This document shows positions 17,846 to 27,200 of a stretch of DNA of 40,000 nt, piece by piece. The DNA lies in the NCBI RefSeq assembly GCF_000828475.1, contig NZ_AP014648.1:1955400-1995399 (forward strand), in the 5' to 3' direction. Every line of letters starts with the position of its first letter. Position 1 is the stretch's first letter. Under the pieces are notes generated by a model that was given only the letters and a program-made list of their open reading frames with translations, was not told the origin of the DNA and made no database searches. A program made the position numbers and the translations under genes. Source of the DNA: Methyloceanibacter caenitepidi. Its GTDB lineage: Bacteria > Pseudomonadota > Alphaproteobacteria > Rhizobiales > Methyloligellaceae.

Positions 17846-19120
17846 ATGAAACGGCACCTATCCCTCTTGTCGTTGGGCGCGCTCGTCGCGGCGGCGTTGC
17901 CGCTCTCGGCAGCGACTGCGGCCGATGCTCCAAAACTGACGCACACCAAAGTCTTGTCGGGTCTCGAAAATCCGTGGGACATGGCATTCCTGCCCGATGG
18001 AACCATGTTCTTCACTGAAAAGTGCAAGGGCCTGTCGGTCCGTCTTCCTTCCGGCGACGTCAACAAGCTCCTGGGCATGAAGGGCAGTGAAGGTTACCCG
18101 AGCAGCGGCGAGGACCTGTTCTGCGAAGGTCAGGCCGGCATGCAGGGTGTGGCGATCGATCCTGCGTTCGACGAGAACCGGACGATCTACGTCTTCTCGA
18201 CCTCCAACAAGACAGCACCCGGAACCAACCGCGTGATGCGGCTGACGGTGAACGACGACTTCAGCGACGTTTCCGACCGGACCGACATTGTCGACGATAT
18301 TCAATACAAGCCCGAGGCCACGGACCATCCGTTTGGCGGTCCGGGCGCCCATAACGGCGGGCGCCTGCGCTGGAATCCGGGCGATGGCTATCTCTACGTC
18401 ACCACCGGCGATACCCATAACGGCGTGGTGCCTCAGTCCCCGACACTGATCGGAGGCAAAGTGCTTCGGATCGATCGGGACGGTAAGCCCGCCGCCGAGA
18501 ATAAGCCGCCGGAAGGGTTCGATCCGCGCATCTACACCTATGGTCACCGCAATCCGCAAGGTATCGCCTTCCGTCCGGGCACCAATCAGCCGGTGACGGC
18601 CGAACACGGTCCATGGCACTCGGATGAGGTCACGGCGCTCGAGCTTGGCGGCAATGGCGGCTGGGATCCGCGTCCGAACATGGCTGGCCGCGACGATTGT
18701 CCCGACGACTATTGCGGCTACATGCCGAACCAAATGGAAGGCATGGATCCGAAGGAGCGGTCGAAGTTCACGCCGATGACCGATACGAAGACCTATCCCG
18801 ATGCGATGAAGCCAGCTTGGAACAACAATCATAAATCCCAAGGCACATCCTCCGCCGCCTTCCTGGACGGCGAACAGTGGGGAGCATGGGACGGACGTTT
18901 GGTTGTCGGCGTCATGGGCATTGGCTTCGGCGGTACGCCGGTCGGTCAGCGCATCGACGTGATCGAACTGTCCGAGGACGGCAAGACCGCCGAGGAGGTC
19001 GTCACGATGTCCTTGCCGATGGCGGCCGGCCGTTTCCGGTCCGTGGTCCAGGGGCCGGATGGCAGCCTCTACGCCGCAGTGGACGAGGGTGACATCCACA
19101 AGCTGACGCCGAAAATGTAA
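17846..19120 (+). CDS. PQQ-dependent sugar (glucose/sorbosone) dehydrogenase, periplasmic beta-propeller
   Basis: Signal peptide MKRHLSLLSLGALVAAALPLSAATA. sGDH-family motifs LENPWDMAFLPDG, HNGGRL, GKVLRI and YGHRNPQG. GGGAGG SD precedes the ATG at 17846. Confidence 0.85.
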   Translation: MKRHLSLLSLGALVAAALPLSAATAADAPKLTHTKVLSGLENPWDMAFLPDGTMFFTEKCKGLSVRLPSGDVNKLLGMKGSEGYPSSGEDLFCEGQAGMQGVAIDPAFDENRTIYVFSTSNKTAPGTNRVMRLTVNDDFSDVSDRTDIVDDIQYKPEATDHPFGGPGAHNGGRLRWNPGDGYLYVTTGDTHNGVVPQSPTLIGGKVLRIDRDGKPAAENKPPEGFDPRIYTYGHRNPQGIAFRPGTNQPVTAEHGPWHSDEVTALELGGNGGWDPRPNMAGRDDCPDDYCGYMPNQMEGMDPKERSKFTPMTDTKTYPDAMKPAWNNNHKSQGTSSAAFLDGEQWGAWDGRLVVGVMGIGFGGTPVGQRIDVIELSEDGKTAEEVVTMSLPMAAGRFRSVVQGPDGSLYAAVDEGDIHKLTPKM

Positions 19121-19144
19121 GCTCTCTCGACGACTGAGTGGAAA

Positions 19145-19179
19145 GCCCCGTGCTGATCGAAGCAGCGCGGGGCTTTTTT
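19145..19179 (+). terminator. Rho-independent terminator after the dehydrogenase gene
   Basis: 11-bp stem (GCCCCGTGCTG / CAGCGCGGGGC, one G-U pair), 7-nt loop, T6 run. Confidence 0.8.
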
Positions 19180-19227
19180 CGATGACATTGCCGCGTCGCG
19201 CGCAGACGGCTGCACAGGGAGGCGACG

Positions 19228-19482
19228 ATGAAGGGGTTGGTTTGGGCGCTGTACGTGTTGATGCAGGATCCTGGCGCCGCGGCGGCGCCGAGCGATCAGA
19301 TGCAAGGTGATAGGACCCTGGCGTTCACCGGTGTGACCTACCTGAACAAGGCATCTTGCGCGAACGATTCGGCCACCTTCACGAAGATGCCGGTCCGAGA
19401 CAAGCTGGTGGGCACCGCGTTCGGTACGAACGTGACCTATGTCTGCGTGATCCAGCCCAAGCCGGGTCATTATAGAGAGTAG
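19228..19482 (+). CDS. Hypothetical small protein (84 aa)
   Basis: GGGAGG SD upstream of the ATG and high GC3 throughout. No recognisable motif. Two Cys. Confidence 0.4.
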   Translation: MKGLVWALYVLMQDPGAAAAPSDQMQGDRTLAFTGVTYLNKASCANDSATFTKMPVRDKLVGTAFGTNVTYVCVIQPKPGHYRE

Positions 19483-19580
19483 AGAGCGCTGAGCGGGGCC
19501 GCATGGTTTCGTCCGACCACGGATCGCGCGAGCGACACCGAACGTCGCCAAACCAAGCGTCGAATTCTGCTCAAATCGGC

Positions 19581-19644
19581 TTCACCTTTGGGTGAACGTC
19601 TGTGTGCGTTCACTGTCGCCAAGTTGAGTTTCCAGTGAACACTG
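19581..19644 (+). promoter_or_regulatory. Array of four GTGAAC/GTTCAC elements able to form three mutually exclusive hairpins
   Basis: TTCACC (19581-86), GGTGAACG (19591-98), CGTTCACTG (19607-15) and CAGTGAAC (19633-40). Possible pairings are 1:2 at 6 bp, 2:3 at 7 bp and 3:4 at 8 bp. The array ends about 65 nt upstream of the ATG at 19707. Confidence 0.4.
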
Positions 19645-19706
19645 ATCGGTGCTCTGGTTTCCCTGCGAGGCAATAACGCCTTGCGCGAAAACTAGGAGAG
19701 ACCCCC

Positions 19707-19922
19707 ATGAAGAAGACACTGATCATTGCGACTGCGCTCGCCGCCTTCGCCACCCCCGCTCTGGCGATGGGTCCGTTCTATGTCATGTTCGACAACACGA
19801 CGAAGAAGTGCGTGATGAGCCAGACGGCGCCGACCGACACCGCGAAATTCGCGATGATGGGCGAGTACAAGACCGAGGCCGACGCCAAGATGGCCATGCA
19901 TGGCATGACGAAGTGTAAGTAA
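19707..19922 (+). CDS. Small exported Met-rich two-Cys protein (71 aa precursor)
   Basis: AGGAGA SD and signal peptide MKKTLIIATALAAFATPALA. The mature part FYVMFDNTTKKCVM...YKTEADAKMAMHGMTKCK resembles a small conserved rhizobial exported family (from memory). Confidence 0.7.
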   Translation: MKKTLIIATALAAFATPALAMGPFYVMFDNTTKKCVMSQTAPTDTAKFAMMGEYKTEADAKMAMHGMTKCK

Positions 19923-20080
19923 CTTTCATGCTTCCGGTCGCCGCGATGCGCGGCGCCGGACCGAGCTTTGGCTGCACAGCCGCTCCCGGTTGCCGGGGGC
20001 GGCTGTGTTGCTTTGACGGGCTGGATTGCGCGCTGGATGAGACAGCGGGAGAGGGCGGTCAGTCCCGAAAAAGGGGCCCC

Positions 20081-20122
20081 AAAAACCAAAAAACCCGGCT
20101 GGGCGGACCCAGCCGGGTTTTG
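20081..20122. terminator. Bidirectional rho-independent terminator
   Basis: 11-bp perfect stem ACCCGGCTGGG / CCCAGCCGGGT with a CGGA loop. Flanked by an A-rich run upstream and TTTT downstream, between convergent small genes. Confidence 0.75.
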
Positions 20123-20171
20123 GCAATTGCCGGAGAGATAGGCGTACGCGCTATCTCATCGTCAATGTTGT

Positions 20172-20282
20172 TTAGCCAAGCTTCAACGGCTCGACAACAA
20201 CGGCCTTCTCGTGATGGCCGAAGCAGCCGCCGAGGCCGATCGTGGCAGAGATAATGATGGCAGTAGCAATAAGCAGACGCAT
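20172..20282 (-). CDS. Putative very small lipoprotein (36 aa)
   Basis: MRLLIATAIIISATIGLGGCFGHHEKAVVVEPLKLG has lipobox LGGC. A GGGGGA SD-like run lies upstream, and the bidirectional terminator lies immediately downstream. The 115-aa ORF-track version is probably over-extended. Confidence 0.45.
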   Translation of the reverse strand: MRLLIATAIIISATIGLGGCFGHHEKAVVVEPLKLG

Positions 20283-20594
20283 TGGTTGGTCCCCCGTTTC
20301 TGTCTGTCGATTCTGAGGATGACTATATCGCGTTTGCCGGGAAATGCTGTGATGTTTTGGCCACGGTATGGCGCAAAGTGATACAAGGTCTTCGGGCGCG
20401 ACTCCGGCGATTTTGGCCGTTTTTATTCGAAATCCAGGCGTTTCAAGACAGGAGCCAAGCGGCAAGACGATTGCCGTAGCCCGGCAAAAACCGGCCGCGT
20501 GCATGCTTTGTCCGCACACGCAGTACGAGCAGGAACGCGGATCATAAGACTGCGGCTCAATAGAACGGCGTCCGCCATAGGATGCGCCTCTCGA

Positions 20595-20786
20595 CTAGAG
20601 CCGAAACGGCCAGAGCATGAGCCCCAGCAGCCAGAGAATGATCTCGAAAGCCTTGATGATCGCGACGACCACGTCCGAGGCGAACCACCAGATCACGATA
20701 ATCGCGGCCCCCACGACGAGTGCGGACATGAGCCAGACCCCGAGGTGCCTGTGCAGCGTATCGATCAAGGTTTTGCCGTCGGCCAT
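20595..20786 (-). CDS. Hypothetical small two-TM membrane protein (63 aa)
   Basis: MADGKTLIDTLHRHLGVWLMSALVVGAAIIVIWWF...ILWLLGLMLWPFRL with very high GC3. The upstream part of the 134-aa ORF looks non-coding (R/S/C-rich). Confidence 0.45.
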   Translation of the reverse strand: MADGKTLIDTLHRHLGVWLMSALVVGAAIIVIWWFASDVVVAIIKAFEIILWLLGLMLWPFRL

Positions 20787-21037
20787 GGCATGGATGCTCT
20801 GAGAGGAAAGGGTATGGCGAAGCAGGCAGCAAGACAGCCGGCTCTGCCCCGGCCTCTTATTATATCTGAAGAGCCCTAGCGTCTCTTCGCGACGTAGGCA
20901 CGTCGCGACGATAGCACGGCAGCTTCGACAACGCGCGGAACGGGATGCGCGTTCCCCGTGATTTGCGGTGGGAGAAGGCCCTCGGGCGGAGGCGAGCACA
21001 GCCGGTGCGGGGCCGTTGGTTAGGGCTTAGGCCTCAG

Positions 21038-22378
21038 TCAGCCCTCTGACGGCAGGATGAGCTCGACGCGAAGGCCTCCGAGGTCCGATTCCCCAAGTCT
21101 CACATCGCCGCCGTATAGGCGCGCCAGGTCCCGCACGATCGCAAGCCCCAATCCGGATCCGGCCGCGCGGGAGTCCCAGCGCTCGCCGATATTGAAGACG
21201 ACGTCACGCGCTTCTGGCGGGAGGCCCGGCCCATCGTCGTCGACGGTCATTCCGGTCGCATCACCGCCGATACAGGCGATTCTCACTGTCGACCGGGCGT
21301 GTTTGCAGGCGTTGTCGACCAGGTTGGCCAGCATCTCGTTGAGGTCGGCAGGATCGCAGGCCAAGCGGTGCCCTTCCGGCACGTCGACCTCGATCGAGAC
21401 CGACTCGCCCTTGTAGAGGCGGCCCAGGGCCGAGGCGACCTCGAGCGCCGCCTTGCGGGGGTCGGCGACGACCCCGGGGGTCGAGCGCATGGCGACGGCG
21501 CGCGCACGGGCGATTTGGTAGTCGATATGGGACTGCATCTTCCGGCACTGGCTCAGAATCGTCGACGACGCACGATCCTGGCCTTCGTCTCCCAGCCGAT
21601 AGGCTTCGTCCGTCACGATGGCGAGCGGTGTCTTCAGACCGTGGGCAATGTTCCCCGCTTGGGTGCGGGCGCGCTGAATCAAGTCGCCCGTCGAGGTGAG
21701 CAGTCTATTGAGGTCATCCACGAGCGGCACGACCTCCGTTGGAAACTGACCGCTCAGTTGCTTCGCGTGTCCCGAGCGCACATCGAACAGAGCTGTCCGC
21801 AGTTGCCGCATCGGCTTCAGCGCATACAAGATCAGAAGTGTTGCGGCGCCGACGAGAGACAGGCCGAATGCGGCGAGCGACATGGTGAGCGTCTTGTTGA
21901 AGCTCGAGACGACCGCATCGAGATGACGTTCGTCCGTGCCAATAATGAACCGCTCGGGAGTCGCGCCGGGATCCTTCCACACGCCTTTCTCCATGGCGAT
22001 GAGGGGCCCCGTCGGTCCTTCGATGAGGTGGGTGTGTACGCCGATATCGTTCGGCGCGTCGGGCGGCATGTGGAGGGCTGGGCCTTCGAGCGACTCAGAC
22101 CGCGCGAGCACTTTGCCGTCCTTTTGCACCTCCCAGTAAAAGCCGGACAGCGGAACGTCGTAGCGCGGGTCGCTGAGGTTGCGCTGTAGATGCAAGGTGC
22201 CGTCTTCGTGAAACTCGGCAAGCCGCTGCAACTCGTCGAGATGCACATGTAGCTCGTCGTAGAACTGCGTGGTTACGTGATGTTTGAAGATCGCCGACAA
22301 CACGAGACCAGCGCCGATCGTCCCGAGGGCGATCCACAACGAGGCGGCAAGGATGAGTCTGCTCTTGAGGCTCGTCAT
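21038..22378 (-). CDS. Two-component sensor histidine kinase with His-rich periplasmic domain
   Basis: 446 aa. Two TM segments flank a periplasmic domain of about 130 aa. H-box NIAHGLKTPLA, N-box LVDNACKH, G-boxes DDDGPGL and GSGLGLAIV. Confidence 0.9.
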   Translation of the reverse strand: MTSLKSRLILAASLWIALGTIGAGLVLSAIFKHHVTTQFYDELHVHLDELQRLAEFHEDGTLHLQRNLSDPRYDVPLSGFYWEVQKDGKVLARSESLEGPALHMPPDAPNDIGVHTHLIEGPTGPLIAMEKGVWKDPGATPERFIIGTDERHLDAVVSSFNKTLTMSLAAFGLSLVGAATLLILYALKPMRQLRTALFDVRSGHAKQLSGQFPTEVVPLVDDLNRLLTSTGDLIQRARTQAGNIAHGLKTPLAIVTDEAYRLGDEGQDRASSTILSQCRKMQSHIDYQIARARAVAMRSTPGVVADPRKAALEVASALGRLYKGESVSIEVDVPEGHRLACDPADLNEMLANLVDNACKHARSTVRIACIGGDATGMTVDDDGPGLPPEARDVVFNIGERWDSRAAGSGLGLAIVRDLARLYGGDVRLGESDLGGLRVELILPSEG

Positions 22379-22384
22379 GACGGT

Positions 22385-23038
22385 CTAATCCATCCTGTAG
22401 CCGAGGCCGCGGACCGTCGTAATGATGTCAGAGCCGAGTTTCCGGCGCAGGCGGCTGACATACACCTCGATGGTGTTCGATTCCCGGCTGTCCTCGAGCG
22501 CGTAGAGATGCTCGGCCAGTTCCGCCTGCGAAACGATCCGGCCGATCCGATGCAGGAAATAGGTCAACATCTTCATCTCGCGCGCCGTCAGTTTGACGGG
22601 CGTTCCGTTCAGCAAGACGCTGCCCGACCCGGTATCGAGCTCTATGCCCCGATGGGTTAGGACTGCGCTCGCGATGCCGGAAGCGCGGCGGACAAGCGCG
22701 CGCAGACGCGCGGCCACCTCGGGTACGTGAAACGGCTTCGTCACATAGTCATCGGCGCCGGCGTTGAGACCGTCCACCTTCTCCGCCCATGTGCCGCGCG
22801 CGGTCAGGATCAGCACGGGGAGGGTGCGGTGGGCGGCGCGCCAGCGTTTGAGGACATCGATCCCCTGCATCTCGGGCAAGCCGAGATCCAGAACGGCGGC
22901 CGCGTATTCCTCGTCGAGACCCATTGTGTAGCCGTCAGTGCCGTTGTCGGCGCGTTCGACCGTGAAGCCGGCCTGAGACAGACCGGCCATCAGCCTTTTG
23001 GCAATCTCGTTGTCATCCTCGACCAGCAGGACGCGCAT
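22385..23038 (-). CDS. OmpR/PhoB-family response regulator
   Basis: MRVLLVEDD receiver domain with phospho-acceptor context VLDLGLP and K in DYVTKPF. Winged-helix C-terminus (IEVYVSRLRRKL...VRGLGYRM). Its stop is 6 nt upstream of the kinase ATG. Confidence 0.93.
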   Translation of the reverse strand: MRVLLVEDDNEIAKRLMAGLSQAGFTVERADNGTDGYTMGLDEEYAAAVLDLGLPEMQGIDVLKRWRAAHRTLPVLILTARGTWAEKVDGLNAGADDYVTKPFHVPEVAARLRALVRRASGIASAVLTHRGIELDTGSGSVLLNGTPVKLTAREMKMLTYFLHRIGRIVSQAELAEHLYALEDSRESNTIEVYVSRLRRKLGSDIITTVRGLGYRMD

Positions 23039-23077
23039 GGGGAGCCTTTCGCTTCGTAACCGCCGAGCTTCTAGCAC

Positions 23078-23152
23078 GCGCTACCTGAAAGGAACCTGAA
23101 AAGCCCTTTCAGGGTCCTGCAAGGTTCCGTTCAGGTTGGTTTCAGGTAGCGC
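23078..23152. promoter_or_regulatory. 75-bp mirror-symmetric operator-like region: 11-bp-phased CCTGAAA (x2) and TTCAGG (x3) repeats
   Basis: The outer arms GCGCTACCTGAAA (23078-90) and TTTCAGGTAGCGC (23140-52) are perfect inverted repeats. ACCTGAA starts at 23083 and 23094. TTCAGG starts at 23108, 23130 and 23141 (offsets of 22 and 11). A CTATAG -10-like hexamer sits at 23153-58. Confidence 0.6.
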
Positions 23153-23202
23153 CTATAGCCCTGTCGTTGGCCGGCAATTTCGCGGCCAGGACGGAGCTAG
23201 AT

Positions 23203-24258
23203 ATGCGCGTTTTGCCTTTGATGTGCGTCGTCATTTTTACAGCGGTTACGGCTTGTGCGGCCTCGGCTGAAACGAAGACCGTGACCCTGTCAGCCGATCA
23301 GGTGCGCCGCCTCGACATCAGGGTCGAGTCCGTGCGGCCTGCCGAGGCTGAAACCTTGGCGACACTTCCCGGCACCGTCATTCCTCCCGTCAATTCGCGC
23401 ATCGTCGCGACGGCCCCGTTCGCGGGCACCCTGACCCAGGTCCATGTGCTGCCCGGTCAGCGCGTGAGCAAGGGCGAAGCGGTCGCCAGCATCTCTAGCC
23501 GCGATCTCCTCGATGTTCAGAGCCAGCTGTCACAGGCCGAGGCCGAGCTGCAAATGGCGGACGCGGTTGCGCGGCGCAAGCGGCTGCTCGTGGACAAGCG
23601 CTTCCAAAATCCTGTCGTGGCCGAAGAGGCCGAGGCGCAAGTCGCGAAGATCAAGGCGGTCATTGAGCAGTATCGGCGGACCTTGGCCCTCAACGGGATC
23701 TCGTTGGGCGCGGACGGGGCGTATTCGATTCCCGCCGCCGCCGACGGAACGGTCGTGGAGGTCAACGCCATGCCCGGAGAGATGATCGAGGCGATGGGGC
23801 CCGTTGTGACCATCGACACCAGCGATGAGCTGTGGGTCGAGGTCCAGGTCCCGGCGCGCCTGCTGCCCGCGATCGAGCTGGGCAGTGCCATCCAGATTGC
23901 CGGCGGTCCGAAAGGGCGCGTCGTATCGATCGGCAAGTCGCTTCAGGGCGTGACCCGGTCTGCGATCCTCTATGCGGCGGTTCCCTCCAATAGCGGCCTC
24001 CTGGCAGGGCAGCTGGTTTCGGTCCTGCTTCAAAAGCCCGCGGACGGTGGAGCTTTCTCTGTTCCCAGCAAGGCTGTTGCGCGCATCGATGGACAAAGCG
24101 CTGTGTTCGTACGCAACGACGCCGGTTTCGCGATCGCGCCGGTGGAGTTGCGCGGCAAGTCCACCGAGGCGGCGACGATCGTCGGAAACATCCCGTCCGA
24201 TGCCATGGTTGCCGCGAGCGGCCTCCCCGAACTCGAGCAAATGCTGGCGGGAGACTAG
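23203..24258 (+). CDS. Efflux RND periplasmic adaptor (membrane fusion protein, CusB/CzcB-like)
   Basis: About 351 aa. Signal or lipoprotein-like N-terminus (MRVLPLMCVVIFTAVTACAASA), a coiled-coil hairpin segment (QSQLSQAEAELQMADAVARRKRLL) and beta-barrel segments. The gene sits directly upstream of the RND pump. Confidence 0.88.
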   Translation: MRVLPLMCVVIFTAVTACAASAETKTVTLSADQVRRLDIRVESVRPAEAETLATLPGTVIPPVNSRIVATAPFAGTLTQVHVLPGQRVSKGEAVASISSRDLLDVQSQLSQAEAELQMADAVARRKRLLVDKRFQNPVVAEEAEAQVAKIKAVIEQYRRTLALNGISLGADGAYSIPAAADGTVVEVNAMPGEMIEAMGPVVTIDTSDELWVEVQVPARLLPAIELGSAIQIAGGPKGRVVSIGKSLQGVTRSAILYAAVPSNSGLLAGQLVSVLLQKPADGGAFSVPSKAVARIDGQSAVFVRNDAGFAIAPVELRGKSTEAATIVGNIPSDAMVAASGLPELEQMLAGD

Positions 24259-24261
24259 GGG

Positions 24262-27200
24262 ATGCTGCGCCGTCTGATCGAATTCTCGCTCACGCAGCGT
24301 GTCTTCATGCTGCTCGTCTATGCGCTGGTGGCGGCTGTGGGCGTCTACGCCTTCCGCACGATTCCCATTGACGCCTTTCCCGACATCTCGCCGGTCCAGG
24401 TGAAGATGATCCTGAAGGCGCCGGGGATGACGCCGGAAGAGGTCGAGACGCGCGTCATCACACCAATCGAGATGGAACTGCTCGGCATTCCGGGCCAGAC
24501 CATCCTGCGTTCGTCCGCGAAATACGGCGTTGCCGACATCACCCTCGACTTCGAGGAAGGCACCGACCTCTATTGGGCACGGCAGCAAGTGGCCGAACGT
24601 CTCGCGGGCGTTCGCGCCGATCTTCCGGGCAGCGTGACCGGGGGCCTCGCCCCGATCTCCACGCCGCTGTCGGACGTATTTATGTTCACGATCGAAGGCG
24701 GCGAGCTTTCGCTCGAGGAGCGGCGCAGCCTTCTGGATTGGACCATCCGGCCGGCACTCCGCACCATTCCGGGCGTCGCGGACGTGAACGCGCTTGGCGG
24801 TATGGTGCGCACCTTCGAGGTGGCGCCGAACAGCGCCGCGCTCGCCGATGCGGGTCTTGGCGTTTCCGACCTGGCCGCGGCCATCGAGGCCAGCAACCGC
24901 AATGACGGCGCGGGCCGGCTCAGCGAAGGCGAGAAAGCGCTCGTGGTGCGCTCGGAAGGGGCGATCACGACGCCGAAGGATCTCGAGCAGATCGTGCTCA
25001 AGATGGACGGCGCGCGTGTCCTCCGTCTCGGCGATGTCGCCACGGTCGGAATCGGCAACCTGACGCGTTACGGCGCCGTGACCGAGAACGGCAACGACGA
25101 GGCCGTCCAGGGGCTGGTGCTGTCTCTTCGCGGTGCCGACGCCAGCGCGATCGTCCAGGCCGTGCGCGAGCGCCTCGACGAGTTGAAGCCGAGCTTCCCG
25201 CCGGGCGTCACCATCGACGTCTTCTACGATCGCTCCGACTTGATCTCGAGTGCCGTCGGCACGGTGACCAAGGCGCTCCTCGAGGCGACGGTTCTGGTCG
25301 TCATCCTGCTGGTGGCGTTTCTCGGCAACCTGCGTGCCGCCTTCGTGGTGGCGCTGACGCTGCCGTTCGCCGCGCTCCTGACCTTCGTCATGATGCGGCT
25401 GTTCGGCATGACCGCCAATCTCATGAGCCTCGGCGGGCTCGCCATCGCCATCGGCCTGATTGTCGATGCTGCCGTGGTCGTCGTCGAGAACACGGTCGAG
25501 CGCCTGCAGCACGCCAAGCCCGATTCCAAGATTCCAAAACTCAACGAGGTCTATAGAGCCGCCAGCGAAGTGGCTACGCCTGTGACGGCCGGCATCATCA
25601 TCATCTGCCTGGTGTTCTTGCCGCTGCTCTCGCTGTCCGGCTTGGAAGGCAAGTTGTTCGGGCCCGTGGCGCTTACGATGATCATGGCCCTGAGCGGCTC
25701 GCTCGTGCTGTCGCTGACGCTCATTCCGGTCCTGTCGTCGTTTGTGCTCAAGTCCGGCGCGCATGCCGAACCGTGGCTCGTGCGCATGATGACGCGCGGC
25801 TATCGCGCACTGCTGAAGGCCTGTCTGCGGTTTCCTCTGCCGGTGTACTTGCTGGCTGCGGCCGGACTTGCCGCGCTCGTCGTCGCCTATGGCGCGATCG
25901 GCAAGACGTTCATGCCGACGATGGACGAGGGCAACGTGATCATGCAGATCACGAAGCATCCCTCGATAAATCTGCAGGCCAGCATCGACGGCGATCTGTC
26001 GATCCAGCGCGCCCTTAAGGAAAAGGTGCCCGAAGTCGAGCGCATTGTCGCGCGCGTGGGATCCGACGAGCTCGGTCTCGACCCCATGGGTCTGAACGAG
26101 ACGGACATGTTTCTCGTCCTGAAGCCGAAGGACGAGTGGCGCGTTCCAGACAAGCAATGGCTGGTCGAGCAGTTGCGGACGGCCATGGCCGATCTTCCCG
26201 GTTACGAGTTTGCGTTCACGCAGCCGATCGAGATGCGCACCGCAGAGATGCTGACCGGATCGCGCGGCGACCTCGCAGTCAAGATCTTCGGCCCCGACCT
26301 CCAGGTGCTGTCGGACATTTCCGCGAAGATTCAGTCGACGCTGCGCGGCGTGCCGGGCGCCGCCGAGGTGTCGACGGTCGCCAATGACAGCGTCGACTAC
26401 ATGCAGATCGCCGTCGACCGCCTGGCCTCCGGCCGGACCGGCTTGTCCGTTACGCGGCTTCAGGACGAATTGCGGTCGGTGATCGAGGGCGCGCCGGTCG
26501 GCCTGGTCGCGGAACCCGGACGGCGCACGAACATCGTCATTCGCGGCAGCGAAACCGTCCGCGAGGATCCCGACATCTTCGCTATGACCCAGTTCGCCGC
26601 GGGCGATGGCGGCCTCGTGCGCGTGGGCGATGTCGCCCAGCTTGAGCGCGTTGCAGGGCCCATCAAGATCAGTCGGGAAAACGCATCGCGGTTCGCCGTG
26701 GTGCAGGCCTACGTGACCGGCCGCGATCTCGTCGGGTTTGTCGAGGAAGCACAGCGCGCGGTCGCCGAGAAGGTTCAGCTGCCGCAGGGCTACCGCCTGG
26801 TCTGGGGCGGTCAGTTCGAGAACCAGCGCCGTGCGGCGACGCGTTTGTCCATCGTCATTCCGATCGCGCTCGTCCTGATCTTTGGCGTTCTGTTCGCGAC
26901 GCTGCGTTCCATGCGGCAATCACTGCTGATCCTCGCCAACGTCCCGTTCGCCCTTGTCGGAGGATTGCTGGCCCTTTGGCTGTCCGGCGAATACCTGTCG
27001 GTTCCGGCGTCCGTGGGCTTCATCGCGCTGCTCGGCATCGCGGTGCTCAACGGCTTGGTGCTGGTCAGTCACTTCAACGAACTCCTCGCAAACGGGATGG
27101 CGGTTCGCGACGTCGTCTACGAAGGGGCCGTGCGCCGGCTGCGTCCGGTGATGATGACCGCCAGCATCGCCGCGTTCGGGCTTGTGCCGCTGCTGTTCGC

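Noticed and set aside
17858-19099. 413-aa minus-strand ORF
   Set aside because: It is antisense to the PQQ-dependent dehydrogenase gene and has no recognisable domain.
23530-26919. 1129-aa minus-strand ORF, the longest in the track
   Set aside because: It lies antisense to the adaptor and RND genes, whose translations carry clear family motifs. Long stop-free antisense frames are expected at this GC content.
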